Under the pieces are notes generated by a model, which did not search any database, was not told the DNA's origin, and was given only the letters and a program-made list of their open reading frames with translations. Below, piece after piece: positions 54,404-64,000 of a stretch of 64,000 bases of DNA. The stretch lies in contig OZ025736.1 of the NCBI GenBank assembly GCA_964019335.1, forward strand, positions 62,001 through 126,000. The letters are read 5' to 3'. Within the stretch, counting starts at the first letter, position 1. Every line of letters begins with the position of its first letter. The translations under genes and the position numbers were made by a program. The stretch comes from Diplonema japonicum (taxonomy: Eukaryota; Protista; Euglenozoa: Diplonemea).

Positions 54404-57400
54404 GTGGATATTTGTTTCCTCCCCCCCCCCCCCTTCCGTAACTGCGACCCCCTCCTAGGAAGAGGCCCCCTCCCTCCTTTGTGTTGGTATTTTTTTTTTT
54501 GTGATCTTTTTTTTTCTTCTCTTTTTTTTGAGAAAAAAAGTACGGAGAGCCGGTAAAATGACGAGACGACGAGTGTAGCGGGCTTTTGCGTTCCCCCCCT
54601 CATTCCCTCCTTCCTTGGACATACCTGTCTGTCAATGGACGGGATGAAAGCGTTCTCAGGTACTATGGACACGCCTTGCCTCATGGAGGAGAATGACATC
54701 TTCTCACGCATGTACGCGATGCCAGGTGGCGAGAAGGCCACAGACGGCACGTTTAGCTTGGAACCGGCGATGTGTGCGAGGCCACCATTCGCAGCATGTC
54801 CCACCAGTACCACGTTGTCGGGCATCAGGGTAACAACGAACTCCAAAAGCGGTTTCAAGTAATGCTCCGGGTGGTCCCCAGCATCAAGCGATCGCTTCAC
54901 TCCCGCTGCTGCCACCCAATCCTCGATCATGTTTTCAGGGAAAAACCGCAGGACAGGGACAAGGCACGCCACCACAGATGCAACAATACTGTCTCCCCAT
55001 ATGTCCATGTCGCGTGTGAGGTACCTGCCTTCGAGGTTGCTCTTGATTACTACGAAGTGAGTGGTTCCGTTTTCTGTGGAGTTCCGCCAATGATGCCACT
55101 TGATGATCTCACCATTTGTTTCGTCTGAGTCGCCAACAAACTTCGTGCTCACGGCAGTGAGCCCTGCCTCGACCAGCTTGGCGTCGTACGCAGCATAACT
55201 AGAGTTCGATTCCAGGTAAGAGACCTCCGCCAGGACCCCAATATCAGTGACGCTGTAGCCATGCCACGTGCGGTAGCATACGGGGTACGCTGCGATGCCG
55301 TTAGCGGAGTTCAACGAAAAGGAGCCCGACCCGGAGGGCTCGCGAAGCCCCGATGCGATTCCGAACACGAGACCATTGCACACCAGGAACAACACCAAGA
55401 ACCACATCACAACACGAGGGGACAGAGAGAGCTGCACCTTTCGACGAGGGTCTGCGTACCGCGAGTCGTCGCCGCCGCCGTAGTACTCCCATGAAGGCGC
55501 CCAATGCCGCTCGGGAACAGGTTCCTCGGGGAGGTATAGAAAACATCTAAAAACCGCGTAAATAACCCGCCCGCAAGGAAGCCACGACGGGATGACGGGG
55601 TCTCTGTTCTTCTTGTCGCCGTGGCGGGCTTTCATAAGGCTTCTCTCGACAGCGCGTGACGCCTGTGACAGAGGGATCGTCTCCTCAGTGAAATTATCCA
55701 TCCTCTCCGAGACAACATCAGTCACATCAGACACCTTGATATGGAACACCGTCCGAGCATGGTGTGGAAGCAGCAGGCCCTGCGTCAATATCATGACAAG
55801 GACAAACAAAGCGGCTACGGACCCGCTAAGTGTGGCTGTACCGATTATCCCGGTAATAGTGAAAGCGGAGATGAGGATCGCTAAGAGAAACGGAAGCTGT
55901 CGCTGGTGCTTGTAGTCACGGACGAATTCCCGTACGAGCAACAAAAGCCCCACCATCACCAGGGACATGATGGACCACGTCACGCTGATGTTGATGTCGG
56001 TGCTGGACATCAACCAAAACAGCAAACACACAGGTACAGCGAAGGCGACGGTCATGCCAAGGTTGGCCACGACTGTTTCCTGATCGAGGCCCCATTCGGA
56101 AAGAAGGACCGTGTCATGATGGAACCTCTTGCCGCTCGCACCGTGCCGCCATAAATAATAGTATTTGTATTTTGACCGGACACCCACTGCCCATGCGTAG
56201 ATCCACAGCGTGAAATGAAGCGTAACACCTGACGCGATCCACCACTCTGCAAAAACGGCCAACGCAACAAATATGTTTTCCCCAATCACAGCAACGTAAA
56301 TAAAGCTGAACAGAACAGGAACGAGGAGAGTGGCAAAGAGGATGACAAGGCAGTATGCTTCCCGCGGCCAGTTCTTCGACGTCGGAAGCCCCCAGAACGT
56401 GACGGTTGAATATGGAGGGAGCAAGTGCTCAATCCCGTGAGGGATTGGGTTTGAAGGCAGGCTGTCGAATCTGTCTTGCTTCTTCTTGCACAGCGCAGCA
56501 TAGTCAACATCACCGAAGAACACCTCGTCGTCCAAAAAGACCATCTGGTGGATGTTCTTGAAGACAGTTGTAAGCAACGATCCAGCTGCAAAGATAGACG
56601 CAAAGAACAGACACAACAGCCCCACCGTTTCCGCGAAGCCTGATTTGTAATCTGAGAAGATCCTCGCGCACAAAAATGTCATAAAGTGGATCACGCCCAC
56701 CACGATACAAGCAGCACCGCACACCAGACAAATCGTCAGGTAGGCCCGATATGCCGGAGAAACAAACATCTCACGCATCATAGACAGCACCCATGAATTC
56801 CCCGCTTTCCTCACATGATGGTATAATCGTGCAATTCTCGCATTTGGCGTCAGCCAGTCGAGTCTCGTGGGGGCTTCGTCCTCATCTTCGTCATCGTCCT
56901 CATCATCGTCCTCATCTTCTTGAATGTTGTCGTTGCTGCTCCGGTTGGGTTCCCCGTGTTTTTCCGTTTTTCTTACAACTGGTACGACTAGTGGGTTGGC
57001 CAGCGGTGGGTTGCCGATCAAACCCCTGTCGCTGCCGACGTCGGTGGTTGTTGGTGCGTGAATGGATCCGACTGTGGATGATATGTGAAGAGGTGGGTCG
57101 GTTGAAAGATTCTGCAGCTCCTTGATTTCCAAGGCACGAGGGTAGTGTCCCCTGAGGAGCTCAGACAATTCCTGCCATTTATCACGGACGCAGTATTCGA
57201 GTGTCAGATTGCTTGCTGTTATCTCGCCAGACGCCCCGTCCCAAGGTTCATATCGTGCGAAGAATCTCCGTAGAAACGACCCCACCCTGTCGATGTCTCT
57301 CAAACGCTGGTCTAAATCAGCCTTTTTCTGATCCAGCCGTTTGCACGATGGGTCAAGGTTGTGAATGGTTTCGCTGTCGCCGTATTCCGATCGTAGGTAC

Positions 57401-57690
57401 GTAACGAGCTCGCTTCCAGTGGAGAAGCTCGAGGACAGTGCCTCGACCTCGTCCATCCTGGACGGGGCAACAGCTTCAAAAAACGTCTGCAGCATGGAGG
57501 AGATCTCCTGAAACACCATCGTCTGGTGTGCGGTCTCCATCTTCCACTTCGGGTCGCTCAGGTGCCCCAGCACCAATTCTACAGCGACCTCTTCCGACTT
57601 CCCTTCGGACATGTACTGTGCACATAAATGCTGTCCGCACCGTTCATATTCCTCATTTGTCAACCAGATCGCGCCTTCGGCCATTCCCAT
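54400..57690 (-). CDS. Multi-pass membrane protein with C-terminal class-3 lipase-like domain (catalytic Ser absent)
   Basis: About nine hydrophobic helices, then VVLVGHAANGGLA..SVAFSPPG..D. The 3' end is probably spliced after SIDRQ|GTATGT, so the true stop is uncertain. Confidence 0.75.
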   Translation of the reverse strand: MGMAEGAIWLTNEEYERCGQHLCAQYMSEGKSEEVAVELVLGHLSDPKWKMETAHQTMVFQEISSMLQTFFEAVAPSRMDEVEALSSSFSTGSELVTYLRSEYGDSETIHNLDPSCKRLDQKKADLDQRLRDIDRVGSFLRRFFARYEPWDGASGEITASNLTLEYCVRDKWQELSELLRGHYPRALEIKELQNLSTDPPLHISSTVGSIHAPTTTDVGSDRGLIGNPPLANPLVVPVVRKTEKHGEPNRSSNDNIQEDEDDDEDDDEDEDEAPTRLDWLTPNARIARLYHHVRKAGNSWVLSMMREMFVSPAYRAYLTICLVCGAACIVVGVIHFMTFLCARIFSDYKSGFAETVGLLCLFFASIFAAGSLLTTVFKNIHQMVFLDDEVFFGDVDYAALCKKKQDRFDSLPSNPIPHGIEHLLPPYSTVTFWGLPTSKNWPREAYCLVILFATLLVPVLFSFIYVAVIGENIFVALAVFAEWWIASGVTLHFTLWIYAWAVGVRSKYKYYYLWRHGASGKRFHHDTVLLSEWGLDQETVVANLGMTVAFAVPVCLLFWLMSSTDINISVTWSIMSLVMVGLLLLVREFVRDYKHQRQLPFLLAILISAFTITGIIGTATLSGSVAALFVLVMILTQGLLLPHHARTVFHIKVSDVTDVVSERMDNFTEETIPLSQASRAVERSLMKARHGDKKNRDPVIPSWLPCGRVIYAVFRCFLYLPEEPVPERHWAPSWEYYGGGDDSRYADPRRKVQLSLSPRVVMWFLVLFLVCNGLVFGIASGLREPSGSGSFSLNSANGIAAYPVCYRTWHGYSVTDIGVLAEVSYLESNSSYAAYDAKLVEAGLTAVSTKFVGDSDETNGEIIKWHHWRNSTENGTTHFVVIKSNLEGRYLTRDMDIWGDSIVASVVACLVPVLRFFPENMIEDWVAAAGVKRSLDAGDHPEHYLKPLLEFVVTLMPDNVVLVGHAANGGLAHIAGSKLNVPSVAFSPPGIAYMREKMSFSSMRQGVSIVPENAFIPSIDRQVCPRKEGMRGGTQKPATLVVSSFYRLSVLFFSKKREEKKRSQKKKYQHKGGRGPLPRRGSQLRKGGGGRKQIST

Positions 57691-57759
57691 CAACCACCTG
57701 ATGATGACGTCAGAAAACACAGGGTAAGGGGAAAAAAAAAGAAGGAAAAAAAAAAAAAA

Positions 57760-58362
57760 TCAGTAGACCGAAAGTAGAATATCGGGCAGTTTTGCGTACC
57801 CGCCCTCTGTGTCGCGGATGTAACACTCCAAGTAACCATATCCCTTTGCGAGTGGTGTGCCCACCATGTGCGCGGTGGTTGGTTGTGTGATGGTGTACTG
57901 CATCGCGAAGAGCTCTACGGTAGGCGGGTCAAGAAAAAGACCGGGGTTCGAAAAGGTACAAGAGAGGGGGGAGAACAGAGATTGTGAATCTTCGTCCGTG
58001 GCAGTGGCAGGCCCGCTAGAGACGTTGGCAAGCAAGGGGAGCTCATGCGGGATGCCAACTGCAAGTTGTAGCGACGGTGATATCACTGAAAACACGGGAT
58101 CGTCATTTACTGGAAGCACATCACACGTCACTCCTTTGTACACCAACCTTCCGTTGAAATCTTGTTTGAGCGGTACCTTGACACCCTGTACTGTCACCTC
58201 GGTGCCGTTTGTTGGCGACCTTGCTTCCTTGCTCCCATCCTCCCATACCTCAAAAAGAGGTGTTTTCTGTTCTTGGTTTTGTCTCTCCTCAGCGTCGCCC
58301 GTTTGCAACATGACCACTGTGCCTACCGCCACCAAGACTGCAGCGCACACCCTACACCGCAT
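57760..58362 (-). CDS. Small secreted hypothetical protein (beta-rich C-terminus)
   Basis: Signal peptide MRCRVCAAVLVAVGTVVMLQTGDA followed by an open frame of about 200 aa. Confidence 0.6.
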   Translation of the reverse strand: MRCRVCAAVLVAVGTVVMLQTGDAEERQNQEQKTPLFEVWEDGSKEARSPTNGTEVTVQGVKVPLKQDFNGRLVYKGVTCDVLPVNDDPVFSVISPSLQLAVGIPHELPLLANVSSGPATATDEDSQSLFSPLSCTFSNPGLFLDPPTVELFAMQYTITQPTTAHMVGTPLAKGYGYLECYIRDTEGGYAKLPDILLSVY

Positions 58363-58591
58363 GCTGGGGAACGTTGGCCGGATTGAGGGGGAAAAAGAAA
58401 AATAGCAATGAATAGAAGGAGTGTGGCAAGTACAATGAACAAAACAAGGGTTTCTTCTTTCTTTTCCCTCCTTTTGTTCCGTAAGACGCAGACGAAAGGA
58501 ACAAGGAGTGAAGGGAAGTGGGAAGGGAAAAGGTTTTACTTCTTTTTTTTTTTTTTCGATTTTTTCTTTTTTTTTTTTCGTTTCCCCCATT

Positions 58592-60480
58592 TCACCATCG
58601 CATTTTTCTCATTGGCGAGGGGGTATCGTGAGCAGGACGTGGGCTGTGCGGGATACGGGGGCTCGGAATGGGTGCTGCACGGAGGGGGCTGGAGTGGGAC
58701 ACACTTGGCGACTGTTTTTTAGTTTTTTTTTCTTTTTTTTTCGTTCTTCAACTCAAGATACCTGAGGCATCCACATCCCCGCCGTGCCCTTTGTGGTGGG
58801 GACGGAGTTAGCAGCGACCCCGAGGCCCTGGATAGTGTTGGTAGTCTCCATCTCACAGAGCAGTGCCTTGTCGCGGACCATGCGGAGGTGCAACATCTTG
58901 ACGAACGCCTCGTTGACCTCGTCCTCAGTCACGCCCTGCCTGTGGTGATGTGGTGTGGTGTGGTGTGCGGTAATGCCTGCATACTCCTGGGGTAGGCTCA
59001 TCATCTGCGACGTGAGCTTGTCGACATTCGCACGAGGCGAGGCCTGCCTGGTGCCCCTTGTGTCGAAGTACGACCCATCCACCATCATAGGCTGCTGCCT
59101 TTGTTGTCTTTGTTGCCTCCATGCGTCCTGTGGGACCCTCCTCAGGGAATCTACGTCCTCTTGCGTCTTCCTTGCTGCCGCCGTTACGTGTTCCAACCTC
59201 GTTTTGATGGACCCCGATCCGTCAGGGTTGAAGTACGACTGACCTGTGGCCTGCGGCGCCCTCTGTGTGTACCCTGTGTGTAGTCCCGCCCCTCCCCGCC
59301 TGCGAAGGTCGTCCACTCTCTCGTTGATGCCTACCCCCATCACACTGCCCACGTCCCTTGTGCGCGGCACGCTCTGTGCAGCCTTCGGACTGCTCCGCAT
59401 CCCGCTCACCAGGTGCGTAAAAGCGTCGGTCGTTAGTTCGTTCAGCTCATCCTGTATCTGGTGCAGCTCCTTCACTTTGCCCCGCAGCCCCATGCGTTCC
59501 CTCAGCAGCAGTCTCGCGTGTGCCTCCTTCTCAGCCTCCCTCTCCAATCGCATCCTGTCGATCTCGCTTAGCAGAGCACCCCACTTTGGCTCCCGTGGTT
59601 CCTGCGATGCTGCTGATGTCACCCCTCTTGGTGAAACAGCGGAGTTCGGCCCGAGTGACGCTGCAGCCATGTTTGTCGTTGCCTGCGGGGAGGCAATCGA
59701 GACAGGCACAGAAGACGGGATGGGAGAGTTGTCGGGCACGGGCTGTGAGGTCGTTTGCTGTGGGCTGGCGATGGTAGGCAGTGGGGGAGAGGCTGCAGGC
59801 GGTGGTGGGAGGACACCCTTTGTTGGAGGAACAGTCGGCGCAGCAGGTGCTTGCACGGGCGGGACAACAGCTGTAGCTGGAGTAGGGGGTGTGGGAACCG
59901 GAACCGGGGCCGGTGTCGGAGGTGTGGGGACTGGAGCTGGGGCAGGTGTCGGAGGTGTGGGGACTGGAGCTGGAGGAGTAGGGGCAGGAGGTGCAGGCTG
60001 AGATTTTTCAGCAGGTGGGGCAGGTGGGGCAGGCGGAGCAGGTGGTGTTGCTGATTCAGGTTTTTCGGCAGGCGGTGCAGGCGGCTCTGCGGGGGGTTTT
60101 GGGGGTGGCTCTTTGACCGTCGGTGTTGCAGGAGGTTGCGGCGGCTTGGGGGTTGCAGGGGTGGCGGAAGGTGTGGTCTTCTTTGCAGGCTTGTTGGGCC
60201 CTTCGCCCTTCTTCTTGGCGTAGATGACCAGGTCTTTGTCGATCTTGTAGCTCTCCAGCGTCTTCCGAATGTCCATCTTCTGCCCGAGGAGGAGGTTCGT
60301 GGGTTTCTTCTCTTTCATTGCAGCAGCAGGATTCTCTAATGTCCATAGATCGATCAGCCTGATGCCCACCTTTGCAGCGACATCCTTCGCCGTACGGCCT
60401 ACCTTGTCCTTGAAGTTCACACCTACGATTATTTTGTCAGAGACGGCATGCTTGTCGGAAACGACTTTGATGACAACCAT
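58592..60480 (-). CDS. N-terminal ubiquitin-like domain + Pro-rich + coiled-coil protein; intron 58712-58761
   Basis: MVVIKV...KMDIRKTLESYKIDKDLVIYAK is beta-grasp-like, followed by PxP repeats. A 50-nt GT-AG intron gives a last exon SPSV...RKMRW*. Confidence 0.65.
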
Positions 60481-60620
60481 CGTGCCGTCAAGCCTGTGGT
60501 GCATGAGGGGAGAAGTGACAATACAAAGGGGGGGTAAAAAACAGTACAGTGGATGAAGTAACATAACAGAAATGAAACACTTGGGAGAAAAAAAAGAAAA
60601 AAAAAAGATAGAATTACCCT

Positions 60621-61091
60621 TCACTCTTTGTCATTGCTGGCTGCAGCTTGCGCACCCAAAGCAAGCAGTTCATTGATATTTTCTATACGGGCCATGCATT
60701 TGGTTGCAGAAATTTGTGAGGCCTCGATTGCCTTTTCTAATTTTGAGACACCCGAAAGGTCGGAGTGGAGCTTAGCAAGAGAGGTGTTGGCTGCAGAAAC
60801 ACGTTTTTCGAGGCTCTCGCACAACTGCCTGCTGTCCCGCATGTCCTGTGCTATGCTGTAGGTGCCGTTGAGAAGGTGTACTGAACACTGCCTTGTGTGT
60901 GTTTGGAAGGAAGCTGAGAGATCGATTAGGTCGTCGGGCTCAAGGACGTGGACGGAGCTCGTCTCAATACCCTTTCCTTTTCCTTGCGCCTGCCGATTAG
61001 GCATAAATGTATCAATTGGCTCCAATTTCGCTAGTTTCTCCAACAGTTCGTTCTGACTTTCTTCTCTTGGTGCGCTGGAAACCGTCAGCAT
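60621..61091 (-). CDS. BLOC-1-related complex subunit 5 (BORCS5)-like coiled-coil protein
   Basis: L..L...FQTHTRQCS...SKL...INELL pattern and size resemble BORCS5 (by-eye alignment). Confidence 0.55.
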   Translation of the reverse strand: MLTVSSAPREESQNELLEKLAKLEPIDTFMPNRQAQGKGKGIETSSVHVLEPDDLIDLSASFQTHTRQCSVHLLNGTYSIAQDMRDSRQLCESLEKRVSAANTSLAKLHSDLSGVSKLEKAIEASQISATKCMARIENINELLALGAQAAASNDKE

Positions 61092-61299
61092 TTTTTCCTT
61101 TTTTTTTTTAATTTTTTATTTGCGCTTACCTGTTCCGCCTTCATCAGGCTTTCATAGTCGGCTTTCCCTGCCCCCGATGGTGACTGGTCAGTCATCTTTG
61201 TTTGTTTTGGTCCCATTTCTTCTTTTTTTTTTTTTACACCACCCCCTTCTTCCTTTTATTTTTATTGTGTTTGTGTGTCATTTTAAAAGGGTTTGGAAT

Positions 61300-61984
61300 A
61301 ATAGCTATTTACTGCCAACAAGTAATGACTTTACCGTTACCTCGAGGTCGGTAAAGCATTACTTGGCGGTAGGTAAGTGGTTTTATTTCACGACACTCTG
61401 AAATTACTTCACCACGAGGGGCACAACAGGGTGACAAGGGGTACAACAAGAGAGGGGTTACAAAGGTTACAATACAAGTTGTTTTTCCTCCTTTTGTTGA
61501 CTAAGAGCTGCCGCTGTCGCTGGCATTGCCACTGTCACCATCTCTAATCAGGCCTTCCCATACCTAGCGCGGCCGCTGGCTCCTTTTTTTCTGCTGCTTC
61601 GGTATTTTGAAGTCTTTTGGGGTGCTTGGGTAAGCTGACTATTGTTACCCTTACCCACAGAAGAGTTACCCACAGAAACTGGGAACAAGGCCTAGCCAAA
61701 AGTGGGCAAATTGGGAGGAAAAAGTAGTCCAACTTGGAACTGAGCCGAGGCAAAAGTTGGCCAATTGAGCTGAACCTGGGGGGAAATAGCAAACTGAGAG
61801 GAAAAAGTAGCCCCACTGGGAACCGAATTGAGGCAAAAATTGGCCTACCGAGGCATATTATTTAACGGAAACCCCCTATTACTTCACGGAAAACAGGCCA
61901 TTATTTCACCGTGAAGTAATGAGATTTAGCGTGAAGTAATGGGCCCCCCAGTGCGTGAAGTAATTTCTGAAGAGTGAAATAAAA
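61300..61984 (-). mobile_element. Helentron/HINE-like non-autonomous element, copy 2
   Basis: Near-identical to 16863-17626. Lacks the 40-bp hairpin apex and the 52-bp duplication. Confidence 0.75.
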
Positions 61985-62461
61985 AAAAGAAGAGGAAAAA
62001 GAAAAGGGATGGAAAAAATCGATAAAATTTCAGTGTGCATGGAGGTGCTCACTGTTCAGGATCCTCGAAAATATCTTCCACCTTCCGCCCCTTCTCCCTT
62101 GAAAGCCACAATAGGGTACGTCAAAAAGCCTGTTTCCAACTACTTCTCAGCTTTAAAAGAGGCATCCGTCCTTGCAATAGTTATAGTTATTTCAGTGGTC
62201 TGAGCATAATCTCGTGTTTTAGAATGTACCCGATTGTGCGAAACCATACTTCTAAGTCATCCCAGGGAGCCCTAACCCAAAAAAAGCAACTTACGACCTT
62301 TTGGAAACGCCCGTTCTTGCATGTTTGTTCCCCAAAATCAGGGAAAAATGAAATTGGGTTTTCCGTGGATGGTGGAAAATAAAAATTCAGGTTTGGCTTG
62401 AACGGTGGAAAATTTTTCATTTGGTTGCCGTGTTCGTAATCTTCAGGGACGGGACCTCATT

Positions 62462-62492
<31 letters not shown>

Positions 62493-62553
62493 CTTTTTTT
62501 CCCCTGAATACTTACCCCCCCGTGGCACTTCCAATCAAAGACATATAGTCATA

Positions 62554-62592
<39 letters not shown>

Positions 62593-62594
<2 letters not shown>

Positions 62595-63173
62595 ACCCGA
62601 CAACAAATATAAACCAATGGAATTAAGATTGGTCATCGCATTCAAGTCGATGGTTTCCACTCAAGAAGCAATGACCAATTGAAGAAAGCCTGGTCATCGC
62701 ATTCCAGTCGGTGATTTCTAGTTTTCTGCACCAATCATCGCATTCAAGTCGATGACTTTCAGTTCACGGCAATAATTTAAGAATGATTGGTCATCGCATT
62801 CAGGTCGATGGTTTCTATTCTTTTGCACGCTTCTAAAAAGCCATCATGATAGTAACATAGATAGAAACATTGGGGGGGGGGATGAGATCACCAGACGTCA
62901 GCTGGTTACAACATCGAAGAAATCCAGTGTCTATACTTGTAACACAGCCTGTGGAGTCGGTGACAACGAGGAACCGAAACCTCCAGAAGGAAGATGTCCC
63001 CTGTGTATGGATAAGACCTCAACATTCCCCATTTTCCAGACGCTGCCCTCCACGAGCCCAAGTTCCTGAAGACCCTCAGTCTTTTTGTACAGGCTCCCCA
63101 CCGTCTCCTTCCCCGACACTTCCACATCGTGAACCCCGCCTCCCGTCTTCACGAACACTGTCATATCGTTCAT
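62593..63173 (-). pseudogene. Decayed ubiquitin-like + BspA-type leucine-rich-repeat gene
   Basis: Ubl-like MNDMTVFVKTGGGVHDVEVSGKETVGSL, then frameshifted LRR units VTSIDTGFLRCCNQLTSGDL, DGFLEACKRIETIDLNAMTN, FLNYCRELKVIDLNAM, MTRLSSIGHCFLSG and ETIDLNAMTNLNSIGLYLL. Confidence 0.7.
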
Positions 63174-64000
63174 TTTTTTGTTGTGTTTCTGTTGTTCATG
63201 CCTCTTGTGTTGTTGTTGATATGTTTATTGGTCAGTGGTCCGCCTTGTAGGGGCAGCCTCTCCTTCGTGCAGAAATCTTCAACACGGGTGTCCTCTCCTA
63301 TCTGTGATGAGTGGTACAAGTCCTGTGGAATTTAGTTTTCGAATTAAAAAAAAAAAATAATAATAATAAAAAAAAAAAAGAAGAAAGATAGCAAATAACA
63401 ACTACGTGGTAGGCGTTCAAGTTCACGATGTGTACTCGGGGCCTGTCTTCTGGCTGATCGGCACGGAGGTCTTCTCGGTGCTTTTGAGTTCTTTTTTTTT
63501 TTTTTTTTTTTTATTCTTCCCGTACTTGTCTTGAAGGTAAACCCACAGGCACACAATAATAATGCTTGTGAAAAGAAAAAGAAGAAGAATAAAAATTAAA
63601 AGAGACACAAGAATTCTTTTTTTTTTTTTAACTTTTAACTTGCAACGACCACCAGGGTCAACAGCCCCGTGCCAAACATAATTTAGTATGGTTTCCTTCC
63701 TTTTTTTTCTTTTTTTGTTTTGTTTTGTTTCTTTTTTTCTTTATTTCCAATAATTAAAGCAAAAAGGAAATTGAAGAACCTGGGGAAACATGGCCAACAA
63801 GTTCCTGCTCGGACGCTTTTTTTTTTTTTTTTTTCCCTTTTTTTTTTCTTCCTTTTCCATAGAAAGACGCCTTACGACTTAACGCGGCAGGAGGGAGTTG
63901 GAAAGGAAGAAGAAAAAAGGAGAAAGGGGGGGGGGGGGGGTGAAAGTAGGGAGGAAAAACCAAGAAAGCCTGAGAAGGGTGTTGGAAAGGAGGAAGAAAA
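63170..64000 (-). CDS. Possible multi-exon small protein (5' part unresolved or outside window)
   Basis: Short GC-balanced islands join in phase through GT-AG introns: ..LLAMFPQ|ETILNYVW..RCN|IIIVCLWVYLQDK|TQKH..AYH|DLYH..*. Confidence 0.35.

Noticed and set aside
57690-57770. Splicing of the 57760-58362 ORF to the downstream lipase-like ORF
   Set aside because: The available donor (phase 0) and acceptor (phase 2) are incompatible; the pyrimidine tract + AG fits a trans-splice site better.
62627-62815. CRISPR-like array: four ~30-bp hairpin-forming repeats (tcatcgcattcaagtcgatg) with unique spacers
   Set aside because: Spacer lengths are irregular (about 16-32 bp), the repeats are degenerate, there are no cas genes, and the minus strand translates as BspA-type LRR units (ETIDLNAMTN).

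Overview
Eukaryotic nuclear DNA, most consistent with an intron-bearing euglenozoan such as a diplonemid (taxon inferred from gene organisation and gene families, not proven). About 27 protein-coding loci all lie on the minus strand, as in a kinetoplastid-style unidirectional cluster. They are separated by spacers full of A/T and C/G homopolymers. Many ORF-track fragments join into single genes through very short (mostly 32-54 nt) GT-AG introns that are poly(A)- or A/C-rich and lack a polypyrimidine tract. Recognisable genes: a tandem pair of multi-CCCH zinc-finger + PARP proteins (ZAP/PARP12-like), URB1/Npa1, a YTH-domain protein, an EF-hand/WD40 protein, an amidohydrolase, DPM1, ARPC1, an RluA-family pseudouridine synthase, FPPS, a multi-TM pseudo-lipase, a BORCS5-like protein, several surface proteins and a decayed Ubl+BspA-LRR pseudogene. 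Non-coding DNA holds several non-autonomous mobile elements: a two-copy Helentron/HINE-like element, a two-copy SINE-like element, a 350-bp nested palindrome and a long-TIR MITE. The most interesting candidates are the variable zinc-finger-array mono-ADP-ribosyltransferase pair and the poly(A) micro-introns. All splice models and family calls were made by eye.
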